Part shown: in pieces, positions 39,631 to 49,715 of the stretch
How the letters are laid out: each line of letters starts with the position of its first letter
How positions within the stretch are numbered: the stretch's first letter is position 1
Assembly (NCBI GenBank): GCA_017436785.1
Contig: JAFSCK010000023.1
Coordinates: 53,225-117,224 of the forward strand
Direction: 5' to 3'
Length of the DNA stretch: 64,000 nucleotides
From: Oscillospiraceae bacterium
GTDB lineage: Bacteria; Bacillota; Clostridia; Oscillospirales; Oscillospiraceae
Translations under genes and position numbers: made by a program
Notes under the pieces: model-generated
Seen by the model: the letters and a program-made list of their open reading frames with translations, nothing else
Database searches by the model: none
Told to the model about the DNA's origin: nothing

Positions 39631-41457
39631 TCACACCTCCTGTACACTGCTTTGGGCTTCGTAGATCTTCTGGTAGATCCCGCCGCTGCATTTTAATGCT
39701 TCGTGGGTGCCCTCCTCCACGATTCGGCCGCGGTCCAGAACGAGGATCTTATCTGCTGCAGAAAGGGTGGTGATGCGGTGAGAGATCAGGATCACACTGG
39801 CCTTACCAAACCGCTTAGCTATGGATTGACGGATCAGGGCATCGGTTTCGGTATCAACGGCAGAAAGAGAATCGTCAAAGACCATGATGGGGGTATCCTG
39901 CAGCAGCGTCCGTGCGATGGCTGCACGCTGCTTTTGTCCACCGGAAAGGGTCACCCCCCGTTCACCTACCATGGTTTCGTATCCCTGCGCAAAGGAACAG
40001 ATGGAGGAATCCAGCGCAGCTGCGGCGGCAGCACTGCGGATGGCCTCCAAGTTAAGCTCCGGGGAGGAGATGCCAATGTTTTCCGCAATGGTGCGGGAGA
40101 ATAGGAAGGGCTCCTGCAGCACCATGCCGATGTTTCGCCGCAGATGGTCCGTTTTGATCTTCCGGATATCGGTGCCGCCGATGGTGATCCGGCCGCAGCC
40201 TTCTTCCAATGGGTAAAGCTTATCCAGCAGCAGCATCAACGTGGACTTGCCGCTGCCGGTACCGCCCAAGATTCCCAGTGTTGTACCGGCTTTCATGGTA
40301 AAGGAAATATCGTGAAGCAGCTGGGGGGCGTTTTCATAGGCGAAATTCACATGCTCAAAGCATATATCGCCATCCATGGGAGCCTCGACGGCATCGGGAT
40401 CGTCCTGCTCAACGGGAGAATTGAGGATATAGGCAATGCGCTCCAGAGAAACGCCGGCCTTGCTCATTTCGGAGATCATACGGCCCAGCTGGCGGATGGG
40501 CCAGATCAGCATGGCATTATAGGAGATAAAAGCAATATATTCGCCCTCGGTGAGGCTGCCATTGACACAGAAGACTGCACCGAAGATCACCACCAGCATT
40601 ACCTGAACACCGGAGAGAATATCGGAAGTGCTCCAGAAGCGGGACAGGACCTTGCCCATATTGACCCAGAGGGAGGTATAAAAATCGTTTTGCTTTTTAA
40701 ACTTGTCGATTTCTGACCGTTCCTGACCAAAGGCCCGGACCACCCGGACACCGGTGAGGTTTTCCTGCGCCATAGCGGACAGCTTTCCCTCATTTTCATC
40801 GCACTCCATAAATCCCTCCCGGATCTTTTTGTGAAAATAGAAGGAATAGAGAATGATGACCGGCATAGGCAGCAGTGCCAGCAAGGTAAGCGCCGGATGC
40901 ATGGACAGCATGAAGGTCACCGAGAGTGCCAACAGCACCACAATACGGAACAGGGAGGTCAGCTGCTCGGAAAGAAAATTTCGGGTCGTATCAATGTCGG
41001 AGGTACAACGCTGGATGATATCACCGGTGCGGTTGTGCATATGCCACGAAAAGGGAAGCCGCTGGATGTGGGAGAAAAGACGGTCCCGCATGGATTTCAC
41101 CAGTGTTTCTGCGGCCTTGGTGTTGTTTACCCGGAACGCATACTGGCTTACCACCTTACATACGGCAACGGCAATGATAGCCAGCGCCATGATCCAGAGA
41201 TTTTCTCCCAGATAAGAAAATCCTCCCAAACGCTCTGCCAGTGCCATGACAAAGGCAGGGAAATTGCCATCCTTTCCGCCAATTGCACAGTCGATGGCAG
41301 CCCGGAAGATCTGGGGCTCCAGCATATCCGCCAACGCGGTAATGGCGGCGCAGACCATGCTCGTGAAAAAATACCGTTTGGCACCCCGCAAAAACTGCCA
41401 CAGCAGAGAAAGATTCTGCTGCTTGGGGATGTGTTTTTTGCTTGATTCCATAAACAT
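39631..41457 (-). CDS. ABC exporter half-transporter (degenerate Walker B partner)
   Basis: GGTGSGKST, LSGGQKQR, FDDSLSAVD; start is ATG 41457 or 41451. Confidence 0.92.
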   Translation of the reverse strand: MFMESSKKHIPKQQNLSLLWQFLRGAKRYFFTSMVCAAITALADMLEPQIFRAAIDCAIGGKDGNFPAFVMALAERLGGFSYLGENLWIMALAIIAVAVCKVVSQYAFRVNNTKAAETLVKSMRDRLFSHIQRLPFSWHMHNRTGDIIQRCTSDIDTTRNFLSEQLTSLFRIVVLLALSVTFMLSMHPALTLLALLPMPVIILYSFYFHKKIREGFMECDENEGKLSAMAQENLTGVRVVRAFGQERSEIDKFKKQNDFYTSLWVNMGKVLSRFWSTSDILSGVQVMLVVIFGAVFCVNGSLTEGEYIAFISYNAMLIWPIRQLGRMISEMSKAGVSLERIAYILNSPVEQDDPDAVEAPMDGDICFEHVNFAYENAPQLLHDISFTMKAGTTLGILGGTGSGKSTLMLLLDKLYPLEEGCGRITIGGTDIRKIKTDHLRRNIGMVLQEPFLFSRTIAENIGISSPELNLEAIRSAAAAAALDSSICSFAQGYETMVGERGVTLSGGQKQRAAIARTLLQDTPIMVFDDSLSAVDTETDALIRQSIAKRFGKASVILISHRITTLSAADKILVLDRGRIVEEGTHEALKCSGGIYQKIYEAQSSVQEV

Positions 41458-41557
41458 AAACCTTTCTGTATGGTTTTTCATAGGGTCGTACCCATGGAAG
41501 AGAAAAAGAGTGCAGACCAAAGCCCGCACTCTGACAAGAACCTTAGGATTTCGGAAC

Positions 41558-41620
41558 CTAAATGGGAGAAAAAGGAGCGAAGCTTTCTGATTTTTCTGTG
41601 TACAAGCCCTTATGCAGCAT
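41558..41620 (-). CDS. Putative leader peptide MLHKGLYTEKSESFAPFSPI
   Basis: AAAGGAG RBS; downstream of TTGACA-17-TATGAT; followed by terminator AGAGTGCGG..CTGCACTCTTTTT. Confidence 0.65.
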   Translation of the reverse strand: MLHKGLYTEKSESFAPFSPI

Positions 41621-41756
41621 AGGATCCGCTCCTTTCTTTCAAACTTTTCTGTATCATAGCATTGCCGGATTACCGTGTCAAGGGATTGTCAGTTTTTTCT
41701 TACGGATTCGTTGCTTTCCCTGCAAATCGGTGGTATAATCCAGAAAAACAAGTGAG

Positions 41757-43493
41757 GTGACGGCCTTGAAAAGAATTTTGAAATACTTAAAGGGCTATGA
41801 GCTGCAATGTGTTCTGGGCCCGCTGTTTAAGCTGCTGGAGGCGACCTTTGAGCTGTTGATCCCGCTGGTGGTGGCAAGCCTAGTGGACAAGGGCATCGGA
41901 AATGGGGACAATGGCTATATCTTCAAAATGTGTCTCGTGATGATTACGCTGGGCATCGTGGGACTTGCTATGGCGGTATCGGCCCAGTATTTTTCCGCAG
42001 TGGCTGCGGTGGGCTTCTCGGCCCGGCTGCGCCATGCGGTGCTGGAGCATATCCTGACCTTGAGCTACAGCCAGATCGATACCCTTGGCACCTCCACCAT
42101 GGTGACCCGGATGACCTCGGACATCAATCAGGTGCAAGCGGGTGTGAACCTGACCCTGCGGCTGCTGCTGCGGTCACCCTTCGTGGTATTCGGTGCCATG
42201 GTCATGGCTTTTACCATTGATTTTCAGGCGGCGCTGGTGTTTGCCGGGGTGATCCCGGTGCTGTGCGTCATCGTCTTCGGCATTATGCTCATCACCATGC
42301 CTATGCACAAGCGGGTGCAGGGGGCGCTGGATGGGGTCACGTCTGCCACGCGGCAGAATCTTGCCGGTGTCCGGGTGCTGCGGGCCTTCTGCAAGGAAGA
42401 GGCGGAGGTTGCCTCCTTTGAGCAGCAGACCGCCGCTCTGACACGGCAGCAGCTTTCTGCGGGCCGTATTTCCGCGCTGCTGAACCCTGTGACCTATGTC
42501 ATCATCAATCTTGCGGTGGTGATTCTGGTGCAGGTAGGTGCTCTGAAGGTGGAGAGCGGCATTTTGACCCAAGGACTGGTGATCGCCCTGTATAACTACA
42601 TGTCCCAGATCCTTGTGGAGCTCATTAAAATGGCCAGCTTCATCATCACGCTGACCAAGGCAGTGGCCTGCGGCAAGCGCATAGCCTCTGTGCTGGAAAT
42701 GGAACCGGACCAGAAAAATGGAGAAATTTCCGGGGATGACATCCGGGGCGAGGTAGAATTTCGCAATGTTACCGCCCACTATGCCGGGGCGGGCCATCCT
42801 TCTCTGGAAAACGTCTCCTTCACCGCCAAGCCCGGACAGACCATCGGTGTCATCGGCGGCACCGGCTCCGGCAAGACCACGCTGGTGAATCTGATCCCGA
42901 GACTGTATGATGCGGTGCAGGGCAGTGTCCTGATTGACGGCAGGGAAGTGGGAGAATACGACTTTATTTCCCTGCGGCGCCAAATCGGCATCGTGCCCCA
43001 GAAGGCGGTGCTGTTCAAGGGCACCATCCGGCAGAACCTGATGTGGGGCAATGAGGCTGCTGTGGATGCAGAGCTTTGGCAGGCACTGGAAACGGCACAA
43101 GCCAGAGAGGTAGTGAAGGACAAGGCCGGTGAGCTGGATGCTGCTGTGGAGCAGGGGGGCGTGAATTTCTCCGGCGGCCAGCGGCAGCGGCTGACCATCG
43201 CCCGGGCGCTGGTGCGCAAGCCGAAGATCCTGATTCTGGACGACAGCGCCTCGGCACTGGACTATGCCACCGATGCGGCATTGCGCAAGGCCATCCGTTC
43301 CATGGAGCAGCCCCCTACCACCTTCATTGTGTCCCAGCGGGCAGCCTCGGTGCGGTATGCCGATGAAATTCTGGTGCTGGAGGATGGCGAGCTGGCAGGC
43401 CGGGGCACCCATGAGGCGCTGCTGGAAAACTGCAGCGTGTATCAGGAAATCTACTACTCCCAGTTCCGGAAGGAGGCGGCAGACCATGCGTAA
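41757..43493 (+). CDS. ABC exporter half-transporter
   Basis: GGTGSGKT, FSGGQRQR, LDDSASALD, VSQR. Confidence 0.93.
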   Translation: MTALKRILKYLKGYELQCVLGPLFKLLEATFELLIPLVVASLVDKGIGNGDNGYIFKMCLVMITLGIVGLAMAVSAQYFSAVAAVGFSARLRHAVLEHILTLSYSQIDTLGTSTMVTRMTSDINQVQAGVNLTLRLLLRSPFVVFGAMVMAFTIDFQAALVFAGVIPVLCVIVFGIMLITMPMHKRVQGALDGVTSATRQNLAGVRVLRAFCKEEAEVASFEQQTAALTRQQLSAGRISALLNPVTYVIINLAVVILVQVGALKVESGILTQGLVIALYNYMSQILVELIKMASFIITLTKAVACGKRIASVLEMEPDQKNGEISGDDIRGEVEFRNVTAHYAGAGHPSLENVSFTAKPGQTIGVIGGTGSGKTTLVNLIPRLYDAVQGSVLIDGREVGEYDFISLRRQIGIVPQKAVLFKGTIRQNLMWGNEAAVDAELWQALETAQAREVVKDKAGELDAAVEQGGVNFSGGQRQRLTIARALVRKPKILILDDSASALDYATDAALRKAIRSMEQPPTTFIVSQRAASVRYADEILVLEDGELAGRGTHEALLENCSVYQEIYYSQFRKEAADHA

Positions 43494-45225
43494 TCAGATG
43501 CAAGTTGCAAAAAAGGTGCTGCGTCGCATCCGTCGGTACTGGCCCAGCCTTATTGCCTCGCTGCTGCTGGCGACGGTATATGTGGCCATGACCCTGTATA
43601 TCCCCATTCTGGTGGGCAATGCCATTGACTGTATCGTGGACATGGGCAGGGTAGACTTTGCGCAGATGGGGGTCCAGCTGCGAAAGGTTTTGCTGTGCGC
43701 TGTAGTTGCGGCCCTTTCTCAGTGGATCATGAGCCAGCTGAACAACCGCATGACCTATCAGGTCACCAAGGATATCCGGGACGAAGCGTTTTTGCATCTG
43801 CAGGTGCTTCCGCTAAGCTATCTGGACAGCCATCCACAGGGAGACATCGTCAGCCGGGTGGTGGCAGATGTGGATACCTTTGCCGACGGCCTGCTGATGG
43901 GCTTTACCCAGCTGTTTACCGGTGTTATGACCATTGTGGGCACGCTGCTGTTTATGCTGCGGCTGCACTGGGGCATTGCGTTGGTGGTGGTGTGCGTCAC
44001 GCCGCTGTCGCTGGTGGTTGCAAACTTTATCGCCACCCGGACTTACTCCATGTTTAAGCTCCAAAGCGCCACCCGGGGCGAGCAGACGGGCCTCATTGAT
44101 GAAACCATCGGCAGCATCAAGGTGGTGCGGGCCTTCGGTCATGAAGCCGCCTCTATGGAGCAGTTTGACGAGATCAACGAGCGGCTGCGCAGCGCATCCC
44201 TGCGGGCCACCTTCTTTTCCTCCTTGGTGAATCCCTGCACCCGGTTCGTCAACTCCGTGGTCTATGCGCTGGTGGGTCTGACGGGTGCTTTGATGGCCAT
44301 TTCCGGCGGCATTTCCGTGGGCAATCTGACCAGCTTCCTAAACTACGCCAACCAGTACACCAAGCCCTTCAATGAAATTTCCGGCGTGGTGACGGAGCTG
44401 CAGAATGCGCTGGCCTGCGCGGGGCGGGTCTTTGACCTGATCGAAACACCTGCCAGAAGCCCGGAGCCGGAATGTCCCAGAAAGCCGGAGCAGGTGAGCG
44501 GTGCCGTGGAGATCCGGGATCTGAGGTTCTCCTATACCCCGGAGAAGCCTCTGATCGAAGACTTTGACCTGACGGTGGAGCCGGGTCAGCGCATCGCCAT
44601 CGTGGGCCCCACAGGCTGCGGCAAGACCACATTTATTAACCTTTTGATGCGTTTTTACGACCCGGACGGCGGAGAAATCCGTTTGGATGGGGTCAATACC
44701 CGGGAAATGGACCGGGGGCAGCTGCGGCGCTGTGTGGGCATGGTGCTGCAGGATACTTGGCTGAAGGCCGGCACCATCCGGGAGAACATCGCCATGGGAA
44801 AGAGCGATGCCACGGAGGACGAGATCATCGCCGCTGCCAAGCAGGCTCACGCCCACAGCTTTATTCGGCGGCTTCCCAAGGGCTATGATACGGTGATCTC
44901 CGAGAATGGCGGCAGCCTTTCTCAGGGTCAGAAGCAGCTGCTGTGCATCGCACGGGTGATGCTGTGCCTGCCGCCTATGCTGTTCCTTGACGAGGCCACC
45001 TCCTCCATCGATACCCGTACGGAAATCCGGATCCAGAAGGCCTTCAACACCATGATGGAGGGCAGGACCTCCTTCATCGTGGCCCACCGCCTCAGTACCA
45101 TTCAAGAGGCGGACCTGATCCTTGTGATGCGGGACGGGCGCATTGTGGAGCAGGGAAAGCATGAGGAGCTGCTGGATAAACGGGGCTTCTACGCCCAGCT
45201 TTACCAGAGCCAGTTCGCCCATTGA
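43486..45225 (+). CDS. ABC exporter half-transporter
   Basis: GPTGCGKT, LSQGQKQ, LDEATSS, VAHR; ATG 43486 after AAGGAGG. Confidence 0.93.
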   Translation: MRNQMQVAKKVLRRIRRYWPSLIASLLLATVYVAMTLYIPILVGNAIDCIVDMGRVDFAQMGVQLRKVLLCAVVAALSQWIMSQLNNRMTYQVTKDIRDEAFLHLQVLPLSYLDSHPQGDIVSRVVADVDTFADGLLMGFTQLFTGVMTIVGTLLFMLRLHWGIALVVVCVTPLSLVVANFIATRTYSMFKLQSATRGEQTGLIDETIGSIKVVRAFGHEAASMEQFDEINERLRSASLRATFFSSLVNPCTRFVNSVVYALVGLTGALMAISGGISVGNLTSFLNYANQYTKPFNEISGVVTELQNALACAGRVFDLIETPARSPEPECPRKPEQVSGAVEIRDLRFSYTPEKPLIEDFDLTVEPGQRIAIVGPTGCGKTTFINLLMRFYDPDGGEIRLDGVNTREMDRGQLRRCVGMVLQDTWLKAGTIRENIAMGKSDATEDEIIAAAKQAHAHSFIRRLPKGYDTVISENGGSLSQGQKQLLCIARVMLCLPPMLFLDEATSSIDTRTEIRIQKAFNTMMEGRTSFIVAHRLSTIQEADLILVMRDGRIVEQGKHEELLDKRGFYAQLYQSQFAH

Positions 45226-45281
45226 TACAAAAATACCGCCCTTCCAAAAAACGGAGGGGCGGATATTATTTTGCAGGCCCT

Positions 45282-45397
45282 TGTAGGGGGCGGCCTCCCG
45301 GACGCCCCGCCAATGCTGCAGTCAGCACACTGTAGGAACCAGCAGAACAGGCATCGAAACGGAAACCAACGGGGCGTCGAGGACGCCGCCCCCTACA
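45282..45397. repeat. Inverted pair of GTAG-type REP-like elements
   Basis: TGTAGGGGGCGGCCTCCCGGACGCCCCG and its inverted copy (25/28 identical). Confidence 0.75.
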
Positions 45398-45407
45398 TTC
45401 TTTGCAG

Positions 45408-46418
45408 TTACAGCAGCCGGATGCCGGCTTTTTCGCAGGCTTCTACGGTGTTCTGGTCCCAGACGCTGGCCTGTACCTCGCCGATGTGGCAGCAGCCCAT
45501 CATCAGCATGCAAAGACGGCTCTGGCCGATGCCGCCGCCGATGGTCAGGGGCAGCTCATTGTTCAGGAGCATTTTGTGGAAGGGCAGCGCCCGGCGGTCA
45601 TCGCAGCCGCTTTCGGTGAGCTGGCGGTCAAGGCTTTCTGCGTCCACACGGATGCCCATGGAGGAAATCTCCAGTGCCCGGTCAAGGACTTCGTCCCAGA
45701 AGAAGATGTCGCAGTTCAAATTCCAGTCATCATAGTCCGGGGCACGGCCGTCGTGGGGCTTGCCGGAGCGGAGCTTTCTGCCGATCTGCATGATGCAGGC
45801 GGTCTTATGCTCTTTGACGTAGGCCTTCTCCCGCTGGGAGCCGGTCTTCAGGTTGGGATACAGGTCCTCCAGCGCCTGAGAGGTGATGAAGCTGACCTCC
45901 CGGTTCAGTTCGGTGCGCAGCTGGGGGAAGCGGACGTGGAGCCGGTCGTTGGTATCGCAGATGGCCCGGACGATGGCCCGGACGATGAGCTTCAGGTATT
46001 CACTGTTCCGGTTTTCCCGGGTAATGACCTTCTCCCAGTCCCACTGGTCCACGTAGATGGAGTGGACATTGTCAAGGTCCTCGTCCCGGCGGATGGCGTT
46101 CATGTCGGTGTACAGGCCGTTGCCGATGGTGAAATGATAGCGCTTCAGGGCCAGACGCTTCCATTTTGCCAGAGAATGGACCACCTGTGCATCTGCGCCC
46201 ACGGCGGGGATATCGAAGGAAACGGCACGCTCGTAGCCGTTGAGGTTATCGTTGAGGCCGGAGGATTCCGTGACGAACAGGGGAGCGGATACCCGCTTTA
46301 GGTTCAGCGCCTTGGCAAACTCCTCCTGAAAGGTTTCTTTGATATAGGCGATGGCCCGCTGGGTATCGTAGGCATCCAGCACCGGCTTGTAGCCCTCGGG
46401 AATATAAATCTTGTTCAT
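45408..46418 (-). CDS. asnA: Aspartate--ammonia ligase
   Basis: HSLAKWKR, VDQWDWE, RAPDYDDW, TIGGGIGQSR. Confidence 0.96.
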   Translation of the reverse strand: MNKIYIPEGYKPVLDAYDTQRAIAYIKETFQEEFAKALNLKRVSAPLFVTESSGLNDNLNGYERAVSFDIPAVGADAQVVHSLAKWKRLALKRYHFTIGNGLYTDMNAIRRDEDLDNVHSIYVDQWDWEKVITRENRNSEYLKLIVRAIVRAICDTNDRLHVRFPQLRTELNREVSFITSQALEDLYPNLKTGSQREKAYVKEHKTACIMQIGRKLRSGKPHDGRAPDYDDWNLNCDIFFWDEVLDRALEISSMGIRVDAESLDRQLTESGCDDRRALPFHKMLLNNELPLTIGGGIGQSRLCMLMMGCCHIGEVQASVWDQNTVEACEKAGIRLL

Positions 46419-46557
46419 AAGACCGCAGCCTTTCAAAATAAAGATAGCTCCTATTGTACCTGTTTTTCTCAGGAAATCAAGTGTCTTTGTGAAAATTTGG
46501 AGAAGTGCCACAGCAGGCCGGAGAAACAGGGCAGCGGATTCAACAATATCGCTTCCG

Positions 46558-46920
46558 CGTGACGTTGGGACGCCTGAGACGGGGATTTTTACTCCACAGA
46601 AAAGTTGGAGGCTTTTCTGTGCTTTTCCGACAAGCCCTCTGTGCCGCCGGGGCAGGTCAGAAAGCCATCTCCCGGATATCCACTGGCTGAAAGGGTGGGA
46701 GCCTTCCCCAATAGGCTTATTTCAGGTGGAGGCAGCCTATTGTAAAACGGTATGACAAAGCTGGAATATCGTTTCTGATGGATAACGAAATATAAGGTAT
46801 CCTGCTTGGTATCGGAAAATAGGGCTGCCCATGGAGAGCAGCCCTGTCGAAGAAAGAGGAATAAACCTCCAACTTTTTGTTGGAGCACAATGGGTGGTTC
46901 CGGATGTCCCGCCGCCGCTT
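46558..46920. repeat. Two diverged, inward-facing copies of an approximately 80-bp repeat
   Basis: CTCCACAGAAAAGTTGGAGG..TTTTCCGACAAG versus the reverse complement CTCCAACAAAAAGTTGGAGG..TTCTTCGACAGG. Confidence 0.55.
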
Positions 46921-46928
46921 CGGGCAGC

Positions 46929-47858
46929 TCAATCCGGCAGCACCCGGCTGATAAAGGCAGCCACAATGCGTTGATACCGCCCCGGGTCTGTCAGATAGCT
47001 TAAGGCATGGCCTGCCCCGGGGAAGGTATGGCGCTCCACCATGGCAGGATTGGCTTCCTGCACCGCCGCGCTCATTTCCGGAGGAACAAAGCCGTCCGCC
47101 TCGCCGTGGAGGATGAGAATGGGCACCCGGGTGTCCTTCACTGCCCGGAGGGCATCGGTTTCCCGCAGGTCAAAGCCCCCGAACACCGTTGCGCCGATGA
47201 AGATAAAGGGCTTTATGAGCCACTGGGGCAGGGGATTGGATTTTCCCACATGGAGGATGATGTCCATGGGAACGGAGTAGGGGCAGTCCGCCACGATGCC
47301 CCTTACACTTTCCGGCAAGGGAAGACCGGAGGCCATCAGCACCGTTGCTGCACCCATGGATACGCCGTAGAGCAGGATATCCGTATCCGACCCGAAGCGC
47401 TCCAGCGCGTAATCCAGCCAGCTGACCACATCCAGCCGCTCCTTGATGCCGAAGCAGATGCTATGGCCTTCGCTTTTTCCGTGGGCGCGCTGGTCCACCA
47501 GCAGCAGGTTGTGGCCCATCCGGAAGCTCATTTCGCAGCCCCCGGCAAAGTCCACGAAGCAGCTGCTGCGGTAGCCGTGAAAGCCGATATCCAGCGGCGC
47601 ACCGTCGGCAATGTGGTAGTACCGCCCGGAAAGGGTCAGACCGTCGTGGGACTGGACAGTGACAAATTCGCACTGCTTGTCCCGCAGCTGCCGGTACAGC
47701 CGGGTGACTTCCTCCCGGTAAGGCTCGTAGGGCGTTCCCTCCAGCTTTGGGGGGCCCTTTTCTTTATCCTGTTTTGCTGCATAAAAGGCTACCTTATAGC
47801 CGTACAGTCCCCCCAGCAGGGCGAGGATGACCAGTAAAAGCAATGCTGCAATCATCAT
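46929..47858 (-). CDS. Alpha/beta hydrolase
   Basis: HGY, DQRAHG, GVSMG, HGEADGFVP, GAGH. Confidence 0.92.
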   Translation of the reverse strand: MMIAALLLLVILALLGGLYGYKVAFYAAKQDKEKGPPKLEGTPYEPYREEVTRLYRQLRDKQCEFVTVQSHDGLTLSGRYYHIADGAPLDIGFHGYRSSCFVDFAGGCEMSFRMGHNLLLVDQRAHGKSEGHSICFGIKERLDVVSWLDYALERFGSDTDILLYGVSMGAATVLMASGLPLPESVRGIVADCPYSVPMDIILHVGKSNPLPQWLIKPFIFIGATVFGGFDLRETDALRAVKDTRVPILILHGEADGFVPPEMSAAVQEANPAMVERHTFPGAGHALSYLTDPGRYQRIVAAFISRVLPD

Positions 47859-48562
47859 AGTATACTCCGAATGTACGCCATCAGCTCCGGAAAGCTGCCG
47901 TGGGGATACCGGGTGATATCCTGATTTTCCTTGCGAATGAGGCAGTCCGTCAGCAGAAATACCTGCATGCCCAGCGTTTCGGCGATCATATCCTCGGATA
48001 CGTCGTTGCCCACCATCAGGCACTGCTCGGGCTGTACTCCCAGTTTGTCCAGAACCTCCCGGTAATAATCCGGGTTGGGCTTGGAATGGCAGGAATTTTC
48101 ATAGGTGGTGATGTAGGCGAAGTCCTCCGGCTGCAAGCCTGCCCAGCGGACCCGGCTGTGGGTGGCAAGGGCAGGGAACAGGGGATTGGTGGCCAGCGCC
48201 AGCGTCAAATCCCTTTCCTTCAGCTCCCGGATGACCTGCGCCGCCCGGGCATCAAAGCCGCAGCTGTGGCGCACCTGCTGAAATTCATTTCGGTAGAAGT
48301 CTTCGATTGGCCCATAATAGGCCGTCATATCCTGACCGCAAAATTGAGAGAAGACCTTCCAGAATACCTCATCGTTGCGCAATTTTCCGTCGTTTTTCAC
48401 CATGGCCCCGGTGCCTGCCCAGATGGCCTTGGCGGTGGTCTTGGGGTCAAAGCCGTAGGGGGCCATTTTCGCCGTCAGACCGCCCATGTAGGCCTGAATA
48501 AACACATCCTGATCCATCGGAAGCAGGGTGCCGTCCAGATCAAATAATACTGTGGTAATCAT
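47855..48562 (-). CDS. HAD family hydrolase
   Basis: FDLDGTL, ATNP, SKP, MVGND. Confidence 0.92.
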   Translation of the reverse strand: MITTVLFDLDGTLLPMDQDVFIQAYMGGLTAKMAPYGFDPKTTAKAIWAGTGAMVKNDGKLRNDEVFWKVFSQFCGQDMTAYYGPIEDFYRNEFQQVRHSCGFDARAAQVIRELKERDLTLALATNPLFPALATHSRVRWAGLQPEDFAYITTYENSCHSKPNPDYYREVLDKLGVQPEQCLMVGNDVSEDMIAETLGMQVFLLTDCLIRKENQDITRYPHGSFPELMAYIRSIL

Positions 48563-48647
48563 AGCTTCACCTCTTACCTTTCCTTTCACCATTATACAGA
48601 AGCCGCCCTCCCGAATCAACAGCAGGAGGGCGGACCGTAGGAAACAT

Positions 48648-49583
48648 TTACAGGGGCGTGGATTCCTGACCCACCGCCATGATGTCATAGGGGGTGGTCT
48701 GGTAGACGAAATAGTTCAGCCAGTTGGAATACAGCAGATTGCCATGGCCCCGCCAGCGCACCACCGGGGGCTTGGTATCATCGTCGCCGGGATAATAATT
48801 GTAGGGCACATGGATGGGCAGCCCCAGATTCTTGTCCCGCAGATACTCCCGCTCCAGCGTATCCGGGTCGTATTCGCTGTGGCCCGTGACGAAGATCTGC
48901 TTGCCCTCCTTGCTCATGACGATGTAGACCCCGGCTTCCTCCGAGGAGGCGAGGATCTTCAGTCCCGGGGCATTCTCAATATCCGCCCGCTCCACGGTGG
49001 TGTGCCGGGAATGGGGGGCATAAAACACATCGTCAAAGCCCCGCAGCAAAATGGCCCGCTTATAGTCGGCGCTGTGGGGATACACGCCGAAGAGCTTTTC
49101 GGGAAGCTGCTTTTTCTGGATGCCGTAGTGGTAGTAAAGCCCCGCCTGCGCACCCCAGCAGATGTGGAAGGTGGAATGGACATGGGTCTTGCTCCACTCC
49201 ATAATCTGGCAAAGCTCCTGCCAGTAGTCCACCTCTTCAAAGGCCATATGCTCCACCGGCGCGCCGGTGATGACCATGCCGTCGAATTTCCGGTCCTTTA
49301 ATTCCTCAAAGGTCTTATAAAACGACAGAAGATGCTCCTGAGAGGTGTTCTTGGACTTATGCCCGGACACCATCATCAGCTCCAGATGGACCTGCAGGGG
49401 GGTATTGCCCAGCACCCGGCTCAGCTGGGTCTCGGTGACGATCTTGGTGGGCATCAGGTTCAGCAGCACGATCTCCAGCGGACGGATATGCTGTGTCTCC
49501 GCCCGGGTCTGCTTCATAACAAAGATATTCTCTTGCTTTAAGGTCTCCGCAGCGGGGAGGTCATTGGGTATCTGAATGGGCAC
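48648..49583 (-). CDS. metA: Homoserine O-acyltransferase (MetA family, probably acetyl-specific)
   Basis: [27 protein letters not shown]; GTG start after GGAGG. Confidence 0.95.
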   Translation of the reverse strand: MPIQIPNDLPAAETLKQENIFVMKQTRAETQHIRPLEIVLLNLMPTKIVTETQLSRVLGNTPLQVHLELMMVSGHKSKNTSQEHLLSFYKTFEELKDRKFDGMVITGAPVEHMAFEEVDYWQELCQIMEWSKTHVHSTFHICWGAQAGLYYHYGIQKKQLPEKLFGVYPHSADYKRAILLRGFDDVFYAPHSRHTTVERADIENAPGLKILASSEEAGVYIVMSKEGKQIFVTGHSEYDPDTLEREYLRDKNLGLPIHVPYNYYPGDDDTKPPVVRWRGHGNLLYSNWLNYFVYQTTPYDIMAVGQESTPL

Positions 49584-49622
49584 GGTTGGTGGCCTCCTAA
49601 TGTGAGTCGTTAATAAAACGCA

Positions 49623-49708
49623 TGTCATTGCGAACCAGTGCGCACACTGGTGTGGCAATCCCCATCGCCGAAGGAGATTGCCACGTCGCTTCGCTCCTCG
49701 CAATGACA
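49623..49708. repeat. Palindromic intergenic repeat element (GTCATTGCG..GCAATC type)
   Basis: TGTCATTGCGA..GTGGCAATC followed by inverted GATTGCCAC..TCGCAATGACA. Confidence 0.8.
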
Positions 49709-49715
49709 CGAAAGA

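Noticed and set aside
37824-45225. Degenerate Walker B and signature motifs in the ABC proteins
   Set aside because: Normal asymmetry of heterodimeric ABC exporters
46797-46806. TATCCTGC matching the MOBP nic consensus
   Set aside because: Short motif expected by chance; no relaxase nearby
49584-49709. ORF-track N-terminal extension of metA ([12 protein letters not shown]...)
   Set aside because: Translation of the palindromic repeat; the real start is GTG 49583 with GGAGG
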